Positions 27,909-36,093 of a DNA stretch of 36,093 nucleotides are shown here, piece after piece. Every line of letters begins with the position of its first letter. The stretch's first letter is position 1. The notes below the pieces were generated by a model. The model was given only the letters and a program-made list of their open reading frames with translations. It made no database searches and was not told the origin of the DNA. The position numbers were made by a program, and so were the translations under genes. The DNA is from Nitrosopumilales archaeon (GTDB taxonomy: Archaea; Thermoproteota; Nitrososphaeria; Nitrososphaerales; Nitrososphaeraceae), in assembly GCA_044507735.1 (NCBI GenBank), contig JBIQJB010000023.1:1-36093 (forward strand), given 5' to 3'.

Positions 27909-30227
27909 ATGACGGTGAGTCCAAGCGGACGAGCATCTGCTGCTCAGGAAACACCGCGATGGCTGTGGCCAATTCAAATTGCAGTTGGGATCGGGAGCAT
28001 CCTGCTATCAATTTTCATAGCCCTTTCGCCCCAGATCGGATCTTATGCATTCTTGATATTGGCAGGAATTGGTCTGATGATTCTAGGTGGAGAAAGGATT
28101 GCAGCAGGGTTATCTGCCCGGCATGTCCGGCGATCCTCGCGCGCTATCAATATTGGGATTGGGGCGGGCATCATCGTCTGGATTGGGTCTGGTTTCTTTT
28201 TCCCGGAAATTGCTCTCAAGTACCTTGTACTATTTCTTGGATTTGGCCTGCTGGCAAACGGATCTGTGAGAATATTTGGAGACCTTGGGAAGAGAAGAAG
28301 TAGAGAATCGTCAGATTTGCTTCCTCTCGGCGCTGGCATATTGAGCGTAGGTATCGCGGTGCTGATACTCGTTTACCCTCCAGTCGGTCTTGCATTGCTC
28401 TTGATAATGACCGTCATAGCGCTAGCGGCAAGCGGCGTACAGGTCGTTATGGCAGGGATCAGAGGCCGTCACCGCGCTCCTCCAGCCGCTGACCGCTCCC
28501 TGCTGCACTACGATTCCGATGATCAAAGCCTGCTAGCTCATGATGGAATATGGAAAAGGGGTTCATGGTTTAGCGACGGCGAGGGGAGATACCTGCTTTT
28601 CAGAGGAGTAAATTTCGGCTCCCGGACCAAGTTGCCCCCTTATCTGCCAATAGCTCCTCTCTCAATCACGAAACTATCACAGCTTGATTTGAGCAAAGAG
28701 ATCCAGTCAGTAAAGAACGAGTTGGATCTTATGAAAGATCTCGGGTTCAACGTTGTCCGCCTCTTGATTTCGTGGAAGGCGTTAGAGCCCCGCCCAAACC
28801 CGGATCTGACAGAACTTTTGCCTGAGGGCAGGGAATATCTGACTTTCGTAAGAAAAATTATTGACGAGCTATACTCGAGAAATCTCTACGTTATCCTGGA
28901 CTTTCATCAAGATCTTGCTCACGAAGTATACGGAGGAGATGGCTTTCCCGATTGGGCGTTGGCAATTGACCAAGAACACGGCAGTCCAGAGCCCTCCGAC
29001 CTGAAAGACAAGAAGTGGCAAGTAAAGTACGTTGTCAACAAGTCTCTAAAGCACACACTCCGATCATTTTGGCAAAATGACCTGACCAACATGGCCAGCG
29101 GCCTCGAAAACTTTCCAGTGAGAACGCATCTGGAAAAAACAATTGGCCAGGCAACAAAATTTTTGCTTCCTGACGGTGCCACGAGTCACCCGGCAATTCT
29201 GGGAATCGAACCCTTCAATGAGCCACATCCGGCAGGCTTGCCAAAAGAGCAGTTTGAACAAAAGATGCTTTTCAGCTACTACCAAAATGTGAATTCCGAG
29301 CTCATGCACATCGCTCCCGATCTATTCGTACTCCTAGAGCCGAGAGTAGACTGGACGGTACCCAAACAGGGCGACGATGAAGGGGGAGGTGTGCTAGGAT
29401 CGACTCCCTTTTCTGCTAAAAGTGCCTTCCACATGGGGCTGGTAAGAGACGTGATGCTGGAAGGAAGGATGGATTCCAAAAAGATACAAACTTACCTGCC
29501 AAAGGACTTGCACTCTACATTTGGACGAAACGGCGTCCTGTCTTTTCACTTCTATGACATGATGTCGGTGGCCAGCTCACTATTCGGAATCCCTGAAAGC
29601 ATGTACACTTACAGGCGAGAGTGGCCCGCAATCTTTGACCAGCTAGTCCGAACTGCCGCAGAGCTTAGGCTTATTCCCTTTCTAACAGAGTTTGGAGGAT
29701 TTCAAGGAGCAGAGCAAGTGCGAGATTACCTGAATCTCCAGTTTGAGCAAATAGAAACCCACCTTCTCAATTCAACATGCTGGAACTATGACCTTTACAG
29801 CACCAAAGAGGGTAAGGACAACTGGAACCTCGAGGATTATTCGCTGCTTGGACCCGATAGAACTCCGCGGAACGTGGACGTCGTGGCCCGCCCATATCCG
29901 ATGCGCAGTTCCGCCGAACCGGCGTTGGTATTCTTTGATATCGCATCCAAATATGCGACGATAATTCTGAGAGGCAAAGTGGTAGATGCAGCCACGGTCA
30001 TATACGTCCCCTTCAAGATCCACTACAAACCCGAGTTTTCGGTATGGGCAACGGGAGACGGGCTAGAGTGGGACAGTGAGAACCAGCTTTTGTATTGGCA
30101 TCCTTCAAGGGAAAGGGATGATAATCAAATAATCATTAGCAAGAGCAGGCAGTTAGTCGTTGATGCGCTTCCAGAATCTGCAAGGAGAGTCCGGGGATAT
30201 TTCACCCTGATGCGCACATTCGCCTAG
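27909..30227 (+). CDS. Fusion: DUF308/HdeD membrane domain + GH5 endoglycoceramidase-like glycoside hydrolase
   Basis: Six N-terminal TMs; DGEGRYLLFRGVN, GFNVVRLLISWKALEP, LDFHQD...GGDGFPDW, catalytic NEP and LTEFG, VARPYP plus C-terminal beta domain. Confidence 0.88.
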   Translation: MTVSPSGRASAAQETPRWLWPIQIAVGIGSILLSIFIALSPQIGSYAFLILAGIGLMILGGERIAAGLSARHVRRSSRAINIGIGAGIIVWIGSGFFFPEIALKYLVLFLGFGLLANGSVRIFGDLGKRRSRESSDLLPLGAGILSVGIAVLILVYPPVGLALLLIMTVIALAASGVQVVMAGIRGRHRAPPAADRSLLHYDSDDQSLLAHDGIWKRGSWFSDGEGRYLLFRGVNFGSRTKLPPYLPIAPLSITKLSQLDLSKEIQSVKNELDLMKDLGFNVVRLLISWKALEPRPNPDLTELLPEGREYLTFVRKIIDELYSRNLYVILDFHQDLAHEVYGGDGFPDWALAIDQEHGSPEPSDLKDKKWQVKYVVNKSLKHTLRSFWQNDLTNMASGLENFPVRTHLEKTIGQATKFLLPDGATSHPAILGIEPFNEPHPAGLPKEQFEQKMLFSYYQNVNSELMHIAPDLFVLLEPRVDWTVPKQGDDEGGGVLGSTPFSAKSAFHMGLVRDVMLEGRMDSKKIQTYLPKDLHSTFGRNGVLSFHFYDMMSVASSLFGIPESMYTYRREWPAIFDQLVRTAAELRLIPFLTEFGGFQGAEQVRDYLNLQFEQIETHLLNSTCWNYDLYSTKEGKDNWNLEDYSLLGPDRTPRNVDVVARPYPMRSSAEPALVFFDIASKYATIILRGKVVDAATVIYVPFKIHYKPEFSVWATGDGLEWDSENQLLYWHPSRERDDNQIIISKSRQLVVDALPESARRVRGYFTLMRTFA

Positions 30228-30425
30228 CGCCCAAAATAGTTGAGTCATGATTTTCTAGCGCCACATCCTCTGAGCTATTGCAGCACACGCGGTACACATA
30301 TTGTAAATACCGAAGGTTTCAGACTGACGCTGTTTAGACTATGCCCTTCAGATCCCGATTATGCTACAATACAGCACAATCCGTAAATCGCAATGACATT
30401 CAAGTCATCTTCGTGATATGTTCTC

Positions 30426-31031
30426 ATGCGACAAGAGTCCATTAAGGCTCCAAAATATGTGCGCACGATAGACGTGATACTTGGTGCAATAAGCCTAATA
30501 CTTGCCGGGGTTGTTTTTGCCTTGCCAGCCTTCGCTGCGGCGCTACTGGTGCTTGTTATTTCGCTTTCATTGATATTTGCAGGGGTTGAGGGGGTCATCG
30601 TAGGTGCTACGGGAAGAGGTCTGTCTGGTTCTCAGAGGGCGCTGCGCCTGATACTTGGGATAATTGCAGTTGGCATTGCGATAGCCGTCATTGCATTTCC
30701 CGGAGCAGCGGTGCTGAGCTCGGTAGTTCTGCTCTCCCTTGGACTGCTCGCCCTGGGTGCTTCTGCCATTGGAAAGGGAGTGACAGAGAAATTCATGCCT
30801 GGGTGGGCTAGAGCCATGTATGTAATAGTGGGCGGCCTGGTCGTTGGACTTTCAATTCCTGTTATTGTCTATCCAGTATTTGGACTATTGACGCTCTACT
30901 ACATGATAACGACCGTGCTGATAATAAACGGGATAGGCTACATAATTGCAGGAATAACCGGGGCAGTATACGTGCCCATAGGGACACGCATTGTCAGAGA
31001 CGGCAGCAAGTGGGAATCAGACGCCGCCTGA
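30426..31031 (+). CDS. HdeD/DUF308 family membrane protein
   Basis: Three repeats of (R)...G...I.....P hydrophobic hairpins. Confidence 0.85.
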   Translation: MRQESIKAPKYVRTIDVILGAISLILAGVVFALPAFAAALLVLVISLSLIFAGVEGVIVGATGRGLSGSQRALRLILGIIAVGIAIAVIAFPGAAVLSSVVLLSLGLLALGASAIGKGVTEKFMPGWARAMYVIVGGLVVGLSIPVIVYPVFGLLTLYYMITTVLIINGIGYIIAGITGAVYVPIGTRIVRDGSKWESDAA

Positions 31032-31175
31032 GGTGAGAAGTACGGAAGAAGGCTTCTCCTAGGGCTGGCCAAGAAATACACCGCAGCAGTACTCGGCCCA
31101 CCCAAAAAAAGGGAATCGGCATTGGTGGCCTTTTGCTCGCACCCTTGCTTAAAAGCCCACATCTCCTTTTGTGTC

Positions 31176-31649
31176 ATGAACTGCGAGCGTGAACACAGGC
31201 GACGGGCAGTATCCCCTGCAATCGCAACAATAGCGCTCATAGGGCTTGCGATTGTGACCGCGGGCGCCGTAGGCACTTTTGTCATGGACCAGTCGTCAAC
31301 TCTGAAGCAGGAGCTCAGCGCGGACATTCTAGAAGCACACCTTGTCCAGCTGAGAAAGAATGCGAACGACTGGAACGCAGGAATCTCGTTCAAGAACACC
31401 GGGACTGTCGATATTACAAATGTAAGAATAGATATTCGCCGAGATGACGGCACCGTCTGGACGATATCCGGCGCACCGACCGGCGGCAGCGCATCGCCGG
31501 GTGAAACAAACCGGATTGATAATACTGCAAGCACAGCCCAGATCTCGCCTGGACGAAGCTACACCTTTTCCATCGCAATAACTGCCAGCGTTGCGGGTGA
31601 CACGTACACAAGGACATACATCCGCACGGTGATCGCAGAAGGGCTGTAG
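31176..31649 (+). CDS. Archaeal type IV pilin (157 aa)
   Basis: RRRA-VSPAIATIALIGL; KNTGTVDITNV; CTTAAAAG 20 nt before ATG 31176. Confidence 0.88.
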   Translation: MNCEREHRRRAVSPAIATIALIGLAIVTAGAVGTFVMDQSSTLKQELSADILEAHLVQLRKNANDWNAGISFKNTGTVDITNVRIDIRRDDGTVWTISGAPTGGSASPGETNRIDNTASTAQISPGRSYTFSIAITASVAGDTYTRTYIRTVIAEGL

Positions 31650-31681
31650 TAGCATGCGCACTCTTCCTCACATTTTCTCTT

Positions 31682-32524
31682 CTACACACTTGGCCCTGTT
31701 GTGTATGTCCCCTTCCTGCTTATGTTGAACCGCGCAGTTCGTGGATCATCAGGCAGGGCAATGATGTTTGCAAGCTCAATGTCTGACAACACACAAAAAT
31801 GACTGGCAAAAAACATCGGTTTCTTTCCCACCTCTATCCTGTACGTAGAGTCCCTCTCCATAACAGATATGGAAAACCCGTCGCCGTCAAAGGAGAGGAG
31901 CTTGATCAGCGATTTTGCAATGTCGACGCTTTCGGCACCGATAGCAATGCTGCAATGAAAGTGCCTCAGCCTCTGCTTTTCCTTTGCCATGTCTGCCCTG
32001 GTTTGCCGTGCGACTGATGTGACCTTCCTTGCCTGCCTGCTACCGTTGCCGCCAGCACCGCTGCCAATAAACATCCCCAGTATTTCGCCAGCAAGCGACG
32101 GCTTTGCGTACAGCTGCTTTTCCACATACTGTGCTATGGAATATGATTCGTTGTGGTACCTCGCCGTGACCGCGATGAAGCATGGCCTGACCATCCTTTC
32201 CATCGTAGAATAAAGAAGCAGCGGGCGCTGTTGCAGCTCGTGAAAGATCGGGAGCGCATAATGCCTCTTCATTTTAAGGTACGAGATCGTAGGTGCAGAG
32301 AATACCTTTGGATGTGTCCGTTCGGCGACAGCATTTCGAAGTATACCAGGTACAATGTCTGCGTCTGTAGACAGGGGCATGTGGAGGAAGAACCGGGTCA
32401 TGTCGTCCTTGCCTCGGGCAATAAACTGGGAAAACTCTCGTACCTTCATGACAAGCTCGTGCATGTCATTGTACTTTTCATCGGCAGGCTCAAAGAACGG
32501 CCTGACCTCGTACCAATTTGACAT
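31682..32524 (-). CDS. Hypothetical protein resembling the non-ATPase N-terminal region of VirD4/coupling-protein-like ATPases
   Basis: LKMKRHYALPI and VLSDIELANIIALP motifs; no Walker A; CTTAAAAG 21 nt before ATG 32524. Confidence 0.5.
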   Translation of the reverse strand: MSNWYEVRPFFEPADEKYNDMHELVMKVREFSQFIARGKDDMTRFFLHMPLSTDADIVPGILRNAVAERTHPKVFSAPTISYLKMKRHYALPIFHELQQRPLLLYSTMERMVRPCFIAVTARYHNESYSIAQYVEKQLYAKPSLAGEILGMFIGSGAGGNGSRQARKVTSVARQTRADMAKEKQRLRHFHCSIAIGAESVDIAKSLIKLLSFDGDGFSISVMERDSTYRIEVGKKPMFFASHFCVLSDIELANIIALPDDPRTARFNISRKGTYTTGPSV

Positions 32525-32775
32525 GGTCAAAAAAAGCCAGGCGAACTTTTAAGGCAAGTTTTTTTCTGACAGAGAGGATGTGAAAAAGGTGTTGGTCGAG
32601 AAGAAGGAGCTATTGACCATCGTCCCTTTCATCAACATATCCGAATTCTGCTCCCTTCTCGGGGTTGCTGGGTAGGGGTATTTGCACAAAGATTTCTCTA
32701 CTCTCAATAGATGCTCAAATCTGGTTACGGATGGAAATAAAAACAGTCAATTTCTTCTATGCAAGAGTGTTTTTA

Positions 32776-32813
32776 TATGCATAATGCACTGGATATCATA
32801 TGCGTTATGCATA
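32776..32813. promoter_or_regulatory. 13-bp inverted repeat, candidate AbiEi autoregulatory operator
   Basis: TATGCATAATGCA-N12-TGCGTTATGCATA (12/13), overlapping the TTTTATAT box (32771-32778) and ATG 32807. Confidence 0.7.
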
Positions 32814-34012
32814 CGGAATCCATAAGCATTAGAGATAGGATAACTCGTAAGCTGGAGCTACTAACTGAACATAGGATAGTCTCAGCTGAAGAAGATGTCC
32901 GAATTTCTAATATTGGAACTATAGATTTTGTATTTAAGGACGATCATGGAAATCGCTATTTTGCTGAGGTCAAACGGGGACGAATCACTGCTTTTGATGT
33001 AGGGCGTATTGTGAGGTCTGCAGAGCGCACTTACGACATGTTTCCCTCATCAAAATTCTTCGTCTTTGTAGACAAAATCGATCCAACTAGCAAAAAAGTG
33101 CTAGACAAGATGAAAATAAATGTCGTCGTGTTGAAACGTCTGCCACAGTTATCTAACGAGAGGAGATCGTCCTCAACAGTACAAGTCAAGAGTGGCAAAC
33201 TGCAACTTTCTCCAAGAGAACAGGAAGCATACTTTCTTCTCCAACGAAGGGGTATCAAAGTTGCTACCCCCGAAACTTTAGCAGAGGAATTGAAAATTTC
33301 TGCAGTATACGCAAGGAATCTACTTGCGAGTCTTGCAAGAAGTGGCGTATTATCAAGATTCGGTAGAGGAAAGTATGTGGTACTATCTGCTGACATCGTA
33401 TATCATCACAGAGGATATACAACAGACCCGCTTTCGATACTGGATCAGTTGTTCGGAGACGAACCATATTATGCTGCTTACGCCACCGCACTATACATTC
33501 ATGGGCTTTCGCACCAAATTCCCTTTCAAACTCAGGTAGCAACTATTAGACAAAAAAGGTCGATGCGAGTGGGAAACTCTCTCATAAAGTTTGTAAAGAT
33601 TAGTCCATTGGAATTGTTCGGATACGAGGAACGACGATATCTAGACTCATTCGTAAAAGTATCAGATATTGAAAAGACCATCATAGACTGCATACAACGT
33701 CCGGATTTGTGCGGTGGCATTAGCGAAGTAACGCGAAGCATGGCAGAAGCACTAGGTAGGATAGACGTCGACAAATTCCTCTCCTATATTTCCAAGATTG
33801 CAAATGAGGCAGCAATTCAAAGGCTGGGCTTTATCCTTGCTAAATTAAGATTTGAGAAATATGAAGTAGATTCGAGACTTCTTAAAGAACTGAAAAATAG
33901 GAAATTCCGTCATCGTCATCTTTTGGATTTTACACAGCCAAAGAAAGGGAAGTTTTCAAAAGAGTGGAAGATAATAGAAAATGTCAATTGCATGAGTTGG
34001 AAGTATGATTAA
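32807..34012 (+). CDS. AbiEi-family type IV antitoxin with extra N-terminal PD-(D/E)XK nuclease-like domain
   Basis: IDFVFKDDHGNRYFAEVKRG; wHTH LARSGVLSRFGRGKY; YATALYIHGLSHQIP; VSDIEKTIIDC...PDLCGG. Confidence 0.88.
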   Translation: MHTESISIRDRITRKLELLTEHRIVSAEEDVRISNIGTIDFVFKDDHGNRYFAEVKRGRITAFDVGRIVRSAERTYDMFPSSKFFVFVDKIDPTSKKVLDKMKINVVVLKRLPQLSNERRSSSTVQVKSGKLQLSPREQEAYFLLQRRGIKVATPETLAEELKISAVYARNLLASLARSGVLSRFGRGKYVVLSADIVYHHRGYTTDPLSILDQLFGDEPYYAAYATALYIHGLSHQIPFQTQVATIRQKRSMRVGNSLIKFVKISPLELFGYEERRYLDSFVKVSDIEKTIIDCIQRPDLCGGISEVTRSMAEALGRIDVDKFLSYISKIANEAAIQRLGFILAKLRFEKYEVDSRLLKELKNRKFRHRHLLDFTQPKKGKFSKEWKIIENVNCMSWKYD

Positions 34013-34999
34013 GATTACACCCACCTTATTGCGGGATTGGGCAGATAATATTGGTATTGGTAGTCTAATTCTAGCGGAACATGACTATAGAATCAGTCAC
34101 CTCTTAGATTTGATATATTCCGACCCTTATCTCAAAGAGGTTCTGGTTCTGAAAGGGGGAACCGCAATAAACAAGCTACATCTAGGAAGGACCCGCCGAT
34201 TGTCAGTAGATCTCGATTTTAACCAAATTGGAACGAAACAAGAGGTCTTGAAGAATGCAAAATTAGTCCGTGAGAAGCTCGTCGAATTATCTAAGAAGCA
34301 GGATCCCGACTATAAAATTGCACACGACCCATCATATAACCAGACAACAGTAAGGTTAAAGTATTCTGCCTTGGCGGGAACTGCTCTTCAACCCATAAAG
34401 CTAGAAATCTCTCATGTGGAACGATTTCCAATTCTTCCAACTGAAAATAAACAACTTGCATTGCATGATTTGCGCGAGTCTGTTGTCATACGAACTTACA
34501 AAATAGAAGAACTACTGGCCACGAAGCTGCGGGCACTACATGATCGCATGAAGGGGAGGGATCTATACGACCTAAATTTGGCATACGATCCAATAACAGA
34601 TCAGGATTCTCTTAGAAAGGTGTTTCTATATTATTTTTATCGTGATAGGAAGGTTTTCAATCCTAAAAGATACTTCGAAAAATATCTAACAATCAGTATG
34701 ACGATGATGTTACGAACTTTATTCGGCCAGACATTAAATTCGATCTTAAAGATGCCAAGGTCAAAGTAATTCAAAAATATGGTTTTCTAAAGAATCTTGA
34801 CGCGGCAGATGAAAAGTTCCTCAGTTTGGCTAGGCATTTGCTTGGAGATGCAATAAAGAAGGAGATAGGGCCTGAAATTGCTGCCATACAGAAACCCTTC
34901 CGGATATTATTTGATGGAAGCAAAAAGATTGACGAAAGAATTTTGGACATAGAGACCGAGGAAATTAAGCCATACAAAAAGCCCGCAAGACGACGGTAA
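34005..34999 (+). pseudogene. AbiEii/AbiGii nucleotidyltransferase toxin, frameshifted at A5 (34678-34682)
   Basis: VLKGGTAINK...RLSVDLDF, IKLEIS, ATKLRAL...KGRDLYDL; one extra A joins the ORF to ISNNQYDDDV...KPARRR* (331 aa). Confidence 0.85.
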
Positions 35000-35201
35000 G
35001 GAAAAACCCCCTAGAGTCTGTCCCCGTCATGCCTCGATTTTTATTTCCTGCAGCATTGTTCACTGTTATCTGCCTGAGTGGGACGCTGCTAGTAGTTATT
35101 GAGCGGCTTGAACCATTATTCCAAATCGTTCCTTACGTGGAATCTGAACGGATTTGGCAGAGTTGCCACTGAAAAAAATGTGGCACTGGTAACAATCTGT
35201 T

Positions 35202-35693
35202 CTACCTCGCACTCACTGTCACACTGAACGTATCAGTCGCAGTCCCGCCGTCCGAGCCGGTGTATGTAGCAGTGCCAACAAGTACTGTCCCTGTAACGTT
35301 ATCTCCCATGTTTACAGCGGAGATACTTGCACTCCCTGACTTGGTCTGACCTGGTGCTATGTCGTTGATAGTGATAGTCGCGCCGGTTACACTCGGGATG
35401 CTAATAGACGCCGAATTGATGTGTATGCCCCCGTTGTTCTTTACAGTGGTAACAAAGGTACCTGCGCCTGCGCTGTCCCTGATGAGCTCTATGTTTTCAA
35501 TGGCAGCCCTTATCCCTCCCTGCGCACTGCTTGAGGTATTGAACGCATAGGAACCTGTCACGGCGGCTATGACGACAGCCACTGCTATCAGTGCTATGGT
35601 CGTTATTCCACCTGCTATCGCTCTCTTGTTATTTGTAGCCGCTGCTTTTCGTCCTTTGCGATTGGGTTGTGTGGATTTGGTGTTGTTATCCAT
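35202..35693 (-). CDS. Archaeal type IV pilin (163 aa), candidate major pilin
   Basis: NKRA-IAGGITTIALIAVAVVIAAV; TVKNNG; IAPGQT; promoter motif before ATG 35693. Confidence 0.85.
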   Translation of the reverse strand: MDNNTKSTQPNRKGRKAAATNNKRAIAGGITTIALIAVAVVIAAVTGSYAFNTSSSAQGGIRAAIENIELIRDSAGAGTFVTTVKNNGGIHINSASISIPSVTGATITINDIAPGQTKSGSASISAVNMGDNVTGTVLVGTATYTGSDGGTATDTFSVTVSAR

Positions 35694-35741
35694 GCAGGGC
35701 AATGTTGCATGTGCTTTTAAGCGACTGTTTCATTTCTTCCT
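35694..35741. promoter_or_regulatory. 48-bp bidirectional promoter centred on CTTTTAAG (35714-35721)
   Basis: Exactly 20 nt to ATG 35693 (-) and 20 nt to GTG 35742 (+). Confidence 0.6.
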
Positions 35742-36093
35742 GTGCCTGTATCATTCCATCCCCCTTCTGATGTTTCTTCTAATCTTGATGTAATAGCAGA
35801 CGACAAAAATGTTGGCCTGCGAGAGCTTGCCCAGTATGCCATAGGAGAAGCGCAGATAGCAATCTATGGAGACTACAGGCGTGGCATAGGCAGGTATGTT
35901 GTGAAAGAGCCAGAGCTCACAGAACAGGGAAAAATAGCCTACCGCATGCTGCTCGACGAGCTCCAGTCCTCGCCTTCAGTCACCAGCGATGCCATGACCA
36001 TCGACATGTTGGAAAAGGAGGTCGGTGCAGCTGCGGCCACTCTGGGCATAACCGGGGCGGTGAACAGCGAGCGCGACGCGATACTGTACAAAT
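35742..36093 (+). CDS. N-terminus of an archaeal type IV pilus/ArlI-like assembly ATPase (partial)
   Basis: Open frame from GTG 35742 to the window end: ...YAIGEAQIAIY...GRYVVKEPELTEQG...ERDAILYK, matching the Y.V.EP.L N-terminal signature; ATPase motifs lie outside the window. Confidence 0.65.
   Translation, partial: MPVSFHPPSDVSSNLDVIADDKNVGLRELAQYAIGEAQIAIYGDYRRGIGRYVVKEPELTEQGKIAYRMLLDELQSSPSVTSDAMTIDMLEKEVGAAAATLGITGAVNSERDAILYK

Larger units (their letters stand above)
11825..36093. mobile_element. Probable integrative conjugative-type element (partial, with internal cargo); boundaries not determined
   Basis: VirB4-like ATPase, PrgI-like, pilins, pilus ATPase, ParB-domain protein and AbiE module co-occur; no integrase, relaxase or att site visible. 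Confidence 0.6.

Overview
Archaeal accessory region, most likely from a Nitrososphaera-like ammonia oxidiser (two PEFG-CTERM surface proteins, a cupredoxin, archaeal class III pilins, a TFB-like protein). (1) 55-4314: CRISPR array of 65 identical 30-bp repeats, with no cas genes in the window. Its last repeat runs almost directly into the 3' remnant of an IS200/IS605-family tnpB that still carries its right end. (2) 4.8-11.6 kb: surface-protein region with a membrane-anchored wHTH regulator, two beta-propeller PEFG-CTERM proteins, a nucleotidyltransferase/small-protein pair and a degenerate cupredoxin. (3) About 11.8 kb to the window end: a probable integrative conjugative-type element. It combines T4SS-like genes (VirB4-like ATPase, PrgI/VirB3-like, VirB2-like pilin candidate, coupling-protein-like N-terminal module) with three type IV pilins and a pilus ATPase, plus a TFB-like/ParB operon. 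Several of these genes share a precisely spaced promoter motif. The element is interrupted by a 12-kb membrane/lipid cargo block (patatin, MFS, DUF308 proteins, DUF308-GH5 fusion, isoprenoid-synthase-like protein) and by an AbiE module with a nuclease-fused antitoxin and a frameshifted toxin. Family assignments come from motif recognition by eye, not database searches.
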